Source: Candidatus Bathyarchaeota archaeon (GTDB taxonomy: Archaea > Thermoproteota > Bathyarchaeia > Bathyarchaeales > DTEX01). From it: a DNA stretch of 64,000 bases. Shown here in pieces: positions 44,433 to 52,805 of the stretch. A program made the position numbers and the translations under genes. The notes beneath the pieces are model-generated. The model searched no databases and was not told the DNA's origin. It worked only from the letters and a program-made list of their open reading frames with translations. Numbering within the stretch: the stretch's first letter is position 1; each line of letters opens with the position of its first letter. The DNA lies in assembly GCA_018397065.1 (NCBI GenBank), contig JAGTRI010000002.1, forward strand, positions 23,746 to 87,745, in the 5' to 3' direction.

Positions 44433-44659
44433 TCATACACCCACTCAACATCGTTAGACGAGATAATTTCCCAGCATTTACGGCAAATCGGAAGACAGTT
44501 ACCCTTGTACATAATATACAACGAAATATCCGTGTTTAAACACTTACCATTCCACGGGTTCAAACAAGTTTCCACAGAAAAGCCTTGCTTTCCAGAAGGA
44601 GCCATTTTAATCGTGGAATGCTGCACTGAATCAAGTTTCTTCATCAATACAATTTTCAC
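44429..44659 (-). CDS. hypothetical Cys-rich small protein overlapping the radA start (may be non-coding)
   Basis: ATGA overlap with radA. Has CLNPWNGKC and CLPICRKC, but the DNA also carries 20-nt-phased TTCCAC motifs that argue for a regulatory region. Confidence 0.3.
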   Translation of the reverse strand: MKIVLMKKLDSVQHSTIKMAPSGKQGFSVETCLNPWNGKCLNTDISLYIMYKGNCLPICRKCWEIISSNDVEWVYD

Positions 44660-44702
44660 CCTTATCCACCCTAGAGTTTCCGTTAGTTAATATTTAAGTT
44701 CT

Positions 44703-44744
44703 CAGTGAAAACAGAGGGGGAGGGGGTATATAAAGGGCAACGTC
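44703..44744. promoter_or_regulatory. ORB-like CAGTGAAAAC + G-string + TATA box between radA and the methyltransferase gene
   Basis: CAGTGAAAACAGAGGGGGAGGGGGTATATAAAGGGCAACGTC. Confidence 0.55.
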
Positions 44745-44942
44745 AATTTATGTAAATATTGATGCCACTTAGTCAAACGATTTAATAATAGACACAAAAA
44801 TGGTCTTTGAGACAGAAACGCGTGCTTTAATATCATATCTTAATGTTTCATTCTTTTCCAGAATAATTTTAATAAATCCAAAAAAGAATTTGAGAACAGA
44901 GGTTATTTACCTCCTTTAATAATATAATTTATTGTAACTCAA

Positions 44943-46199
44943 GTGAAACCAAAAATGCTCGAAAAGATACTTGGAAAGATGGAAACTTCAAAAGGATTTA
45001 TCCATATACCAGTGAGAGAACGCAAGGATCTAATTGGAGACATATCTGTGCCTTGTAAGACTTTGCTGAATACGGAAATAGCAAGAATTGACAGTTACGG
45101 AAGACTTTGGTCCTCATTTCTGAAAGGTAAGTTTTCAGCCGGTAGCAAAGTGCGATTAACTAGAAAAGAGGACGGCTTTCAGGTAGAACTAATCGGAAAT
45201 GGCTATGAAAATTATGAGAAGATAAAAAAGAAAGATGCTGCTTTTATAAATTCATGGGATTCCTCAAAACAGAGAACACAAATTCGTAAAAAAGGAACTT
45301 GCACTAGTTCCTTCGGTTCTCCTGGAAGATTTGGTCATGATTCCTCAAAATTTTATAAAAGTAGGTTATATGAAGGAATACCATCAGAAATAAAAGAAAC
45401 CGTTTATGTTGAAAACGAAATTCCTCAAGATTATTTGAATAGAATTTTCTGTAAAAGTAGCGAAAGAATGGATGAGTTACCTGAAAATAGTATTCATCTA
45501 ATGGTGACCTCTCCTCCTTATAATGTTGGCAAAGATTATGATAAGAACTTTTCCTTAGAAGAGTACAGAAATCTGTTAAGGCAAGTTTTCAAAGAAGTAT
45601 ACAGAGTACTAGTAACAGGCGGAAGAGCTTGTGTTAATATTGCAAATTTAGGAAGAAAACCCTATATTCCATTGCATACATGGATCATTCAAGACATGTT
45701 AGATATAGGGTTTTTAATGAGGGGAGAAATCATTTGGGACAAAGGTTCAAGCGCCGCAGCCTCTACAGCATGGGGTAGTTGGTGTTCAGCTACCAATCCA
45801 ACACTTAGAGATGTTCATGAGTATATCCTAGTTTTTTCTAAAGATACCTTCTCTAGACCAAACTTAAAGGATAAAAAAAACACCATAACGAGAGAAGAAT
45901 TTCTAGAATGGAGTAAAAGCGTTTGGAGTTTTCCAGCAGAATCCGCCTCAAAAATTGGTCACCCAGCGCCATTTCCAATTGAATTACCTCTTAGGCTCAT
46001 AAAATTGTACACTTTTGAAAAGGATGTTGTACTAGACCCTTTTATGGGAAGTGGGACAACAGCAATAGCAGCATTACAAACTAATAGGCATTACATTGGT
46101 TATGAAATAATCAAGGAGTATGTTGGAATAGCAGAGAAAAGAATTAAAGAGTTTCAAAGCGCCCAGTCTCAGATGAAACTATCTAATTTTTCGGTTTGA
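44943..46199 (+). CDS. beta-class DNA methyltransferase, probably N4-cytosine specific, with ~160-aa N-terminal extension
   Basis: Motif IV TSPPYN precedes motif I DPFMGSGTT (beta order). SPPY is typical of m4C enzymes. AT-rich gene. Confidence 0.88.
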   Translation: MKPKMLEKILGKMETSKGFIHIPVRERKDLIGDISVPCKTLLNTEIARIDSYGRLWSSFLKGKFSAGSKVRLTRKEDGFQVELIGNGYENYEKIKKKDAAFINSWDSSKQRTQIRKKGTCTSSFGSPGRFGHDSSKFYKSRLYEGIPSEIKETVYVENEIPQDYLNRIFCKSSERMDELPENSIHLMVTSPPYNVGKDYDKNFSLEEYRNLLRQVFKEVYRVLVTGGRACVNIANLGRKPYIPLHTWIIQDMLDIGFLMRGEIIWDKGSSAAASTAWGSWCSATNPTLRDVHEYILVFSKDTFSRPNLKDKKNTITREEFLEWSKSVWSFPAESASKIGHPAPFPIELPLRLIKLYTFEKDVVLDPFMGSGTTAIAALQTNRHYIGYEIIKEYVGIAEKRIKEFQSAQSQMKLSNFSV

Positions 46200-46213
46200 T
46201 AGAAACTCTTTTT

Positions 46214-46843
46214 TCAAGTATCTTCTTTCCAATATTCAACCCATCTTTTGTAAATATCAAATTTAATTTTTGAACGGCTCCAAAAAACATCAATGGATTT
46301 TGTATCTTTGTTAGTTAAAAGCATTTGTAATGCTTCTTTGCTGATTTCGACGCCTCTTGGATTAGTTCCAATCTTTGGAAGCTTGAGGTATCTTTCTCTA
46401 CCTATCTCCTGGAGAACCTTTTCTTGAACCTCTTTAGGTATGTAAGAAAAATTTCCTTCTTTTCCCCAGTTAATTAAGGTAAATAACCAATCACATTTTG
46501 GAGCATATTTTGCACAAAACTCGCGAGCTTTTTGAGCGTCAACAGTCCACACAATTTTTACACCGCCCATTCCCGTAATTGTTTTAATAGAAATTGGGTA
46601 GCCAAATAATCTTATATCAACCTCAGGTTCTGTTATGGGAATTTCGGTTTCAACGTTATCTTCACCAAACTTGTAAAGCAATAATGCAATAAGAATCTTC
46701 TCGCGGAGCGAACCAACCTCCATTCCAATCTTTCCAGCTCTAGAGCTTTCGAGGTCAGCTAGCTGGAAAAGGTAAGGTAGACGTTTCTTTATCCTGTCAA
46801 CCAACTGTTTATCTTCAAAAATCTCAATTAACCGGCTAGTCAA
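46214..46843 (-). CDS. putative type II restriction endonuclease (PD-(D/E)xK-like)
   Basis: Convergent with the methyltransferase, 14 nt apart. Candidate catalytic EPEVDIRL..ISIKT. Family not recognised with certainty. Confidence 0.5.
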   Translation of the reverse strand: MTSRLIEIFEDKQLVDRIKKRLPYLFQLADLESSRAGKIGMEVGSLREKILIALLLYKFGEDNVETEIPITEPEVDIRLFGYPISIKTITGMGGVKIVWTVDAQKAREFCAKYAPKCDWLFTLINWGKEGNFSYIPKEVQEKVLQEIGRERYLKLPKIGTNPRGVEISKEALQMLLTNKDTKSIDVFWSRSKIKFDIYKRWVEYWKEDT

Positions 46844-47015
46844 ATCAGATCACGCTCATTTCATATAAGTCTCAACATTTATTATTCTTACTCAAGATGA
46901 CTGAAAATATTAGTTTCAATTAATACGTATTAAGCAAAACAGAAATTTCTAAATAAAAACTAGAAAAAAAGGATTCTTAATCAAAAGCACTGAAGATCCA
47001 CAAAGAAATAAAAAA

Positions 47016-47324
47016 TTACAGTAATGTCTTTTTAGTGAGTTTGATTTTTTGGAAGAGTTCTACGATTTGTTTTACTACCTCGTTTTCAAGGTTAATTTGG
47101 TAGGTTTTCGGTGTATAACTGTACTCCTTTATCCATCCAATCTTGACTAGGACCTTAAGCTGGCTTTCCACAGATGGGGTTCGGATTCCCGTTGCCTTAA
47201 CCAAAGCATATTTTGTGAAGGCCTCGTTTGGGTTCAGCACCATCTGTAATAGAATGCGGAATTTGGTGCCGCCGCCGAAGCCTTTTTCTAGCTCTTCCCA
47301 GATGGTTCGCTGTGCGTCTTTCAT
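47016..47324 (-). CDS. small winged-helix DNA-binding protein
   Basis: FRILLQMVLNPNEAFTKYALVKATGIRTPSVESQLKVLVKIGWI is wHTH-like. ATGA overlap with the orc1/cdc6 stop. Confidence 0.6.
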   Translation of the reverse strand: MKDAQRTIWEELEKGFGGGTKFRILLQMVLNPNEAFTKYALVKATGIRTPSVESQLKVLVKIGWIKEYSYTPKTYQINLENEVVKQIVELFQKIKLTKKTLL

Positions 47325-48505
47325 CTTTTCTCCCGTTTTAGCCGCTGAGTTAGGCTGTTAAGGAACTTTTCGAGGTCAGTAGCTGAGGCGCCTGTGATTC
47401 CTAGCTCGGTTAGGGATTTCATTTCGATGATTCCGCGGTAGACGAGGTCTTGTACGGTTTCTTCAAACCTTTCAGCTGGCTCGATGTCTAGCTCTTCGCA
47501 GGCTAGCTCGTAAGTCTTCCTTACGTCTCTAAGCCCAGCATAGGCTGATTTGCCCGCTCGGAGGCTTCGAACCAATGCTAAGAGAACAAGCCGCCCGTTC
47601 TCGTTGAGGTTCATAATGTCCTCAGAAGTTATCGTGGGATTCATTTCGCCGTAAACCTTTCTAACATGATCGGGAAGAACCCGGTTAAGCCCTTGGTTTT
47701 CAGCCAAGCTGCCAGAGTAATAAAGCAAGTCAAGTCCGACGCGTATGTCGCCATTCACAGGTGAGTTAGCGGTGATGTCACTTACGAGGTCTAAGGTTTC
47801 CTCATCCACAGCGCCATGGTGAAATGCTTCTTCAATACGGTTTTCAAGTATCTCTCTGACCTGTATGTTTGTATATCTTGGAAACTCGATGACTCCTACT
47901 CCGAGTGTGGATTTTTCTCCAGGTTCGAGGCGTTCATGCCATTTCAGCGACCTTGCGATGAAAATTTCCCCGATAATGTGGGAAGGTTCACCTGGGCTTA
48001 ACTCAGTTGTCCGCGTAAGATCGTAGATCACGTGCTCCTTCGGGTTGATTTGGATGAAGTAGTCGATCTCGTCGAAGATCGCGAGGAGAAACATGTTTTC
48101 AGCTCTAAGGTATTCAACAAGCTGTCTAATCATCTCTTCAGGGCTTAGGCTTCTCGTTGAAATCTTAGGAGTTACCTTTCTGACGAGGTTGCTGAAAAGA
48201 ACGTACCTCGTTGCTCCGTCGACCTTACAGTTTATGTAAACATGCCTCAGGTTGATTCCTTCGCTCTTCGCCTTTTCAGAAAGCTGTTCACCGAACCTCA
48301 CCGCTGTGCAAGTTTTGCCTGTTCCAGTATCGCCGATTATTTGGATGAACCGCGGATAGGCGTTCTTTATGTTTTTTAACATGGAACCGTACACGCTGTC
48401 TAAAAGGCTTATCTGTTGGTCGCGGTGAGGAAGCCTTTTAGGAATATAGTACGGCGAAAGCTTGTTTCTGTCCTTAAACACTAACCCGCCTGACAAAGAA
48501 ACCAA
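47321..48505 (-). CDS. cdc6: Orc1/Cdc6 family replication initiation protein
   Basis: YIPKRLPHRDQQI, Walker A GDTGTGKT, Walker B IFDEIDY, and a C-terminal winged helix. Confidence 0.93.
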   Translation of the reverse strand: MVSLSGGLVFKDRNKLSPYYIPKRLPHRDQQISLLDSVYGSMLKNIKNAYPRFIQIIGDTGTGKTCTAVRFGEQLSEKAKSEGINLRHVYINCKVDGATRYVLFSNLVRKVTPKISTRSLSPEEMIRQLVEYLRAENMFLLAIFDEIDYFIQINPKEHVIYDLTRTTELSPGEPSHIIGEIFIARSLKWHERLEPGEKSTLGVGVIEFPRYTNIQVREILENRIEEAFHHGAVDEETLDLVSDITANSPVNGDIRVGLDLLYYSGSLAENQGLNRVLPDHVRKVYGEMNPTITSEDIMNLNENGRLVLLALVRSLRAGKSAYAGLRDVRKTYELACEELDIEPAERFEETVQDLVYRGIIEMKSLTELGITGASATDLEKFLNSLTQRLKREKR

Positions 48506-48622
48506 CCTGATCTAGCTTAATATATTTGAAAATTAAGCGTATAAAGATAACAATTACTACTTAACTAAAGGCAAAAGATATTGTCTTCCTTGAAGGATTC
48601 GTTGACAAGTTTAGAAAAAAAA

Positions 48623-49375
48623 TTATTGGAGTTTCTCGAGCGGTTTGACATTTGGAGCTCCTACAATTGTTGGGGGTCTAGGCCCATCCACTGGAGCTGC
48701 CCAGCGTGCGGCGTTTTCGATAACTTTGAGAACGATGGGATGATGGAAAATTGGGAATGACTCGTGTCCTGGTCTAAAGTAGAAGATTTTTCCTCTGCCC
48801 CTGTGGAAGCAGCAGCCGCTTCTGAAGACTTCGCCCCCTTGGAACCAGCTTATGAAAACCAGCTGATCGGGAGTTGGGATGTCGAAATATTCACCGTACA
48901 TTTCAGTGTGTTCAATCTCGAAATATTCGCTAAGACCCGCAGTAATTGGGTGCCCTGGAGAAACGACCCACAACCGCTCTTTTTCGCCTGCTTCACGCCA
49001 CCGCAGTCCGCAGCTTGTGCCCATCAACCGTCTAAAAATTTTTGAGTAATGACCCGAATGGAGAACGATAAGTCCCATTCCACCGTCCGTTATGCGGCGG
49101 TAAATTTTGTCAACCACTGCGTCGCTGACCCTGTCGTGGGCCATGTGTCCCCACCAAATCAGCACGTCGGTGTTGTTAAGAACCTCGTCTGTTAAGCCGT
49201 GTTCAGGCATCTCCAGAGTTGCTGTCTTAACTTTGAATTCAGGTTTACTGCCTAAGTATTTGGCTATGGCGCCATGAATTCCTTCAGGATAAATTTTGGC
49301 TATTTCAGGATTTTGTTTTTCGTGGAGAAACTCGTTCCAAACAGTGACTCGAATTGTTTTGTTCATTTTTCTCAC
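48623..49375 (-). CDS. ThuA-domain protein (trehalose-utilisation-like, class I glutamine amidotransferase-like fold)
   Basis: [24 protein letters not shown] and GLIVLHSGH. Confidence 0.85.
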   Translation of the reverse strand: MRKMNKTIRVTVWNEFLHEKQNPEIAKIYPEGIHGAIAKYLGSKPEFKVKTATLEMPEHGLTDEVLNNTDVLIWWGHMAHDRVSDAVVDKIYRRITDGGMGLIVLHSGHYSKIFRRLMGTSCGLRWREAGEKERLWVVSPGHPITAGLSEYFEIEHTEMYGEYFDIPTPDQLVFISWFQGGEVFRSGCCFHRGRGKIFYFRPGHESFPIFHHPIVLKVIENAARWAAPVDGPRPPTIVGAPNVKPLEKLQ

Positions 49376-49508
49376 TTAACAATCAATATCATCTAGCGCA
49401 AAAATAACGTTTTCCATACGCTGGGTTTTTTGAAAACATGCAGAAAGCTTAAAGAATAAAGTTGCAGAGTGAAATTAGATATTAAGCGCAGACGGGGACA
49501 AAACAAAG

Positions 49509-50468
49509 ATGGACGCTAAGGAAAACTTGTTAAGGGCCATTTACTTTGAGGATCCCGAGTATGTTCCAAGAACGAATGAAGGTGTTTGCGTAAGCTTTCA
49601 GTTTGAAGGTAATTTCAAAAATGAGACGTGGACCGACAAATGGGGTGTTCACTGGGTAACCACGAGGTCAGATATGGTTCCGTTTCCAAAGGGAAACCCG
49701 TTAACAAGTTTAGAACACATTGACAATTTTGTTATCCCAGACCCGGACAGTTTGCAGCTCACTAAGGAAATCAAAGGTTTTTTAACCCAAGTTGACAGGG
49801 ACAAACATCTGGTTTTTGGCAGTTTAACATATTTCATGTTTGAAAGGGCGTGGGCATTGATGGGCATGGACAATTTTTTGAGATCCTTTTTCACCCACCC
49901 TAATGAGATGAAGCAGTTACTACATAGAATTGCGGATTTCAACATAAGAGTTTTTGAGCGGTATCTTGAACTCGACGTTGACGGGGTGAATTTCTCCGAG
50001 GACCTTGGGCATCAAAGGGGGCTGATGATTTCTCCAAAATTTTTCAGGGATTTTTTTGTTCCAGAATATCGCCGGTGTTTTAGGCCTTTAGTCAAAGAAA
50101 GGAAGATAATTGACTTTCATTCGTGCGGTCGAGTTCAAGACGTAGTTGAAGACTTGATAAACATTGGAGTGACGGTCCTCAATCCTGTTCAGGCAAGAGC
50201 CAACGACACAAGTTTATTAAAACGAAAATGCAATGGCAAAATGGCTCTAAAAGGAGGCGTAGACTCGCACCTTCTAATGTTAGGGCCAGTTACAGAAATA
50301 GAGAAAGAGGTAGAAAAGGCAATAGCAACTCTTGCTCCAGGAGGAGGCTATATAATAGGCCCAGACCAAACAATGCCATTTCCACAAGAAAACGTCGAAG
50401 CACTTTGGAGAAAGGCCATCTCATACGGCAAATACCCAATTAAGGCGAATAACCCCAGTCTTGGATAA
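49509..50468 (+). CDS. uroporphyrinogen decarboxylase (URO-D) family protein
   Basis: FSEDLGHQRGLMISPKFFRDFF, DFHSCG and GGYIIGPDQ. Paralog of 913-2019. Confidence 0.75.
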   Translation: MDAKENLLRAIYFEDPEYVPRTNEGVCVSFQFEGNFKNETWTDKWGVHWVTTRSDMVPFPKGNPLTSLEHIDNFVIPDPDSLQLTKEIKGFLTQVDRDKHLVFGSLTYFMFERAWALMGMDNFLRSFFTHPNEMKQLLHRIADFNIRVFERYLELDVDGVNFSEDLGHQRGLMISPKFFRDFFVPEYRRCFRPLVKERKIIDFHSCGRVQDVVEDLINIGVTVLNPVQARANDTSLLKRKCNGKMALKGGVDSHLLMLGPVTEIEKEVEKAIATLAPGGGYIIGPDQTMPFPQENVEALWRKAISYGKYPIKANNPSLG

Positions 50469-50511
50469 TACGGAAGGTATAAATTAGAGATTTTCGTAGC
50501 ATTGCCGTACA

Positions 50512-51027
50512 TTGGAGCGTTGCATCAAAGTGGCTTACAAGTACATGGCTGAGGCTTGGAGGAAGCCTAAATCCTCGTACGTTGAAGAGGTTATGAAAGA
50601 AAGGATTGTCTTCTGGCGTAAGGAGCCCTCGATTACGAGAGTTGACAAGCCTACGCGTATAGACAGAGCTCGCAGGCTGGGATACAAGGACAAGGCAGGC
50701 TTCGTTGTCGTGCGTGTCCGTGTGAGAAAGAGCGGCTACCGAAAGCTGAGACCAAAAATGGGCCGAAGACAAAAGAAGATGGGTGTAACCAAGATTAAAA
50801 CTCCCAAAAACATGAGGCTTATCGCAGAGGAAAGAGCTGGGAAAAAGTTTCCAAACCTAGAAGTTCTCAACTCTTATTGGGTTTGGCAGGACGGCCTTTA
50901 CAAGTGGTACGAGGTTATTCTCGTCGACCGAACACTGGTACCTGAACTAAACCTTGGAAAAGGCAGAGGAAGAGTCTATAGGGGCTTAACAAGCGCAGGG
51001 AGAAAAGTTCGCGGACTGTTAGCCTAG
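50512..51027 (+). CDS. rpl15e: 50S ribosomal protein L15e (start probably the GTG at 50530)
   Basis: YKYMAEAWRKPK..RVDKPTRIDRARRLGYKDKAGFVVVRVRVRKSG. Confidence 0.93.
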   Translation: MERCIKVAYKYMAEAWRKPKSSYVEEVMKERIVFWRKEPSITRVDKPTRIDRARRLGYKDKAGFVVVRVRVRKSGYRKLRPKMGRRQKKMGVTKIKTPKNMRLIAEERAGKKFPNLEVLNSYWVWQDGLYKWYEVILVDRTLVPELNLGKGRGRVYRGLTSAGRKVRGLLA

Positions 51028-51029
51028 AA

Positions 51030-51488
51030 TCAGAAGATGTAAACCAAGGCGGCGACAACGCAGCCGTAGCTGCCAGGTGGCACCTTAAGCGTCTCAATTC
51101 TGAATTTTATGTCGCCAAGTTTTAAGCCTCTGATTTTTGCCATTTCCCGAATTTTTTTGTCTAGCTTCGCTTTAACTGTTGCTTTGTCCATATTTCCGCT
51201 GGCTTCAGCCACTATGCCATAACCGGTTTCAACGTCTTTAGCCCATGTAAGGCCTGCACTGATCGTTTTTCCTTTTCCTTCAGCTCTCGATAGTACAACG
51301 TAGGTGATGGCGCCAACAGGCAGTTTTGTTGGTTCAGTTTCCTCGCAGTTTGGCGGAATAATGGAACTTACAGTGACCAAATTGCATTGTTCTATGCCTG
51401 CTTCCTTAAGTGCCATGTCAAACGAGTTTAAGCTTGAAACCTTGCCAACTGCTTTGCCGCTGGTTACGAAGAAGGCTTTAGCGATCAT
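51030..51488 (-). CDS. pdaD: pyruvoyl-dependent arginine decarboxylase
   Basis: FFVTSGKAVG..NLVTVSSIIP contains the self-cleavage Ser-Ser site. 152 aa. Confidence 0.88.
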   Translation of the reverse strand: MIAKAFFVTSGKAVGKVSSLNSFDMALKEAGIEQCNLVTVSSIIPPNCEETEPTKLPVGAITYVVLSRAEGKGKTISAGLTWAKDVETGYGIVAEASGNMDKATVKAKLDKKIREMAKIRGLKLGDIKFRIETLKVPPGSYGCVVAALVYIF

Positions 51489-51500
51489 CTATATCACCAC

Positions 51501-52199
51501 CTAAAGCGCATTTATAGAGGCTTCTAACGCTAGCGTCCTAAAGCGCGATGTTCTGTCATCCTTTTGTTCATATTTCCTAATAAGCTTCTTGGCTGCGTTG
51601 GACGCATGCTGAAGTTCGTCTTTGGCGGATGGAACATCCATTTCTGAAAGCGCCAGCAACGTGTAATAAAAGGAATATCCGTGCCATCTGCCATTAGAAG
51701 TCCGTTCTTTTCTTAATTTGCCAATTCCTTTGTCTAAAGTCTCAGACCAGTTGCCAACCTTCGCAGCTACTAATGTTCTAAGAAAGGCAGTTGCGCAGTT
51801 GTAGCAACAGAAGGTTCCGTCTACACTAAGGTTCACAATTTTTTCATAGGCCTTCAGCGCCTTAACAGCAGCTGGATCTGAACTGCGGTTCCACAATATT
51901 ACGGCTCTTAGGGTTTCCTCTCCTAGAATGCGTCTACTGAGAGCGTTTCTGCCAAGAAACTGTTCTCCTGTTAATGTTTGAAAGCCTTCAGTCATGTCCT
52001 TCTCTGTGGGTGCAAACAAGCCTCTATATGAGTATTTCAGCCCCTGCTTTCCCAATATCCACTTAAGCGCTTTTTGGGTTTCCTCCGAAGAGCTTTTTCT
52101 GAACCCCAGCCTCGTTTCCTCTAAACGGTAAACTGTTTCCTGAAGGGACTCCTGAACAAGCAGCGACGCATCTTCTTTCATTTGTGACAATGTGCGCAC
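51501..52199 (-). CDS. hypothetical helical protein, likely co-transcribed with pdaD
   Basis: 232-aa ORF ending 12 nt before pdaD. No motif recognised. Confidence 0.45.
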   Translation of the reverse strand: MRTLSQMKEDASLLVQESLQETVYRLEETRLGFRKSSSEETQKALKWILGKQGLKYSYRGLFAPTEKDMTEGFQTLTGEQFLGRNALSRRILGEETLRAVILWNRSSDPAAVKALKAYEKIVNLSVDGTFCCYNCATAFLRTLVAAKVGNWSETLDKGIGKLRKERTSNGRWHGYSFYYTLLALSEMDVPSAKDELQHASNAAKKLIRKYEQKDDRTSRFRTLALEASINAL

Positions 52200-52352
52200 C
52201 GTTTTATCCTATCCTTTATGTGCCAGCTTTATTAATTGTTTGCTTTTAGAACCGCCTTTGCTTTTATTGAAAAAATGGTTCAAATTGGTTACGCTTAAAT
52301 TCTTTATGAAAAGTATATTTGAAAGTGTGAAAAGTGTCTTCTTTGAAGATGT

Positions 52353-52805
52353 GTGAAATCATTGGCGAAAAACGAAATAGTTTATGTTGAGATTAGCTTC
52401 CTTTCTCACGCGACAGAAGACCCTGCGAAGGTCTTAGCAGCTGCACATAACATCATCCCGTTAGAGCATATTAAAGACGTAGCTATAAGCAAAAAAACTC
52501 TTAAAGGAGAATACGGGAACCCCATCGTTTTTTACGAGGCTAAAATTAAAGATCCCGAGGTCGCTGAGGCTCTTCTTCGCAATGTTGGGATAAGCCTTTC
52601 GCCTTTTGATAGGGAAACCTTGCTTAGGGAGCTTAGGCTTCGGTTGACAAAAGGAAACCTTTACCTTAGACTCGATAAACAGGCGGCTTGCAAAGGTATT
52701 ATGAGGCTTTGTCTTGCTGACCCAATTCGGCTTCGAGTCAAGTTTCGAACATCAAAAATCGAGGAAATCACGGAGATAACTCGAAGGCTGGGAATGGTTC
52801 CATGA
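52353..52805 (+). CDS. predicted RNA-binding protein (COG1931-type, exosome/RNase P superoperon member)
   Basis: EISFLSHATEDPAKV N-terminus. Located directly upstream of the RNase P protein genes, as in the archaeal superoperon. Confidence 0.6.
   Translation: MKSLAKNEIVYVEISFLSHATEDPAKVLAAAHNIIPLEHIKDVAISKKTLKGEYGNPIVFYEAKIKDPEVAEALLRNVGISLSPFDRETLLRELRLRLTKGNLYLRLDKQAACKGIMRLCLADPIRLRVKFRTSKIEEITEITRRLGMVP

Noticed and set aside
44874-44891. A-rich ATCCA-AAA-GAA(T/A)T strings at 44874-44891 and 46991-47006 as direct repeats flanking the RM island.
   Set aside because: They are low-complexity, imperfect and short. They cannot be told apart from chance in AT-rich DNA without comparative data.
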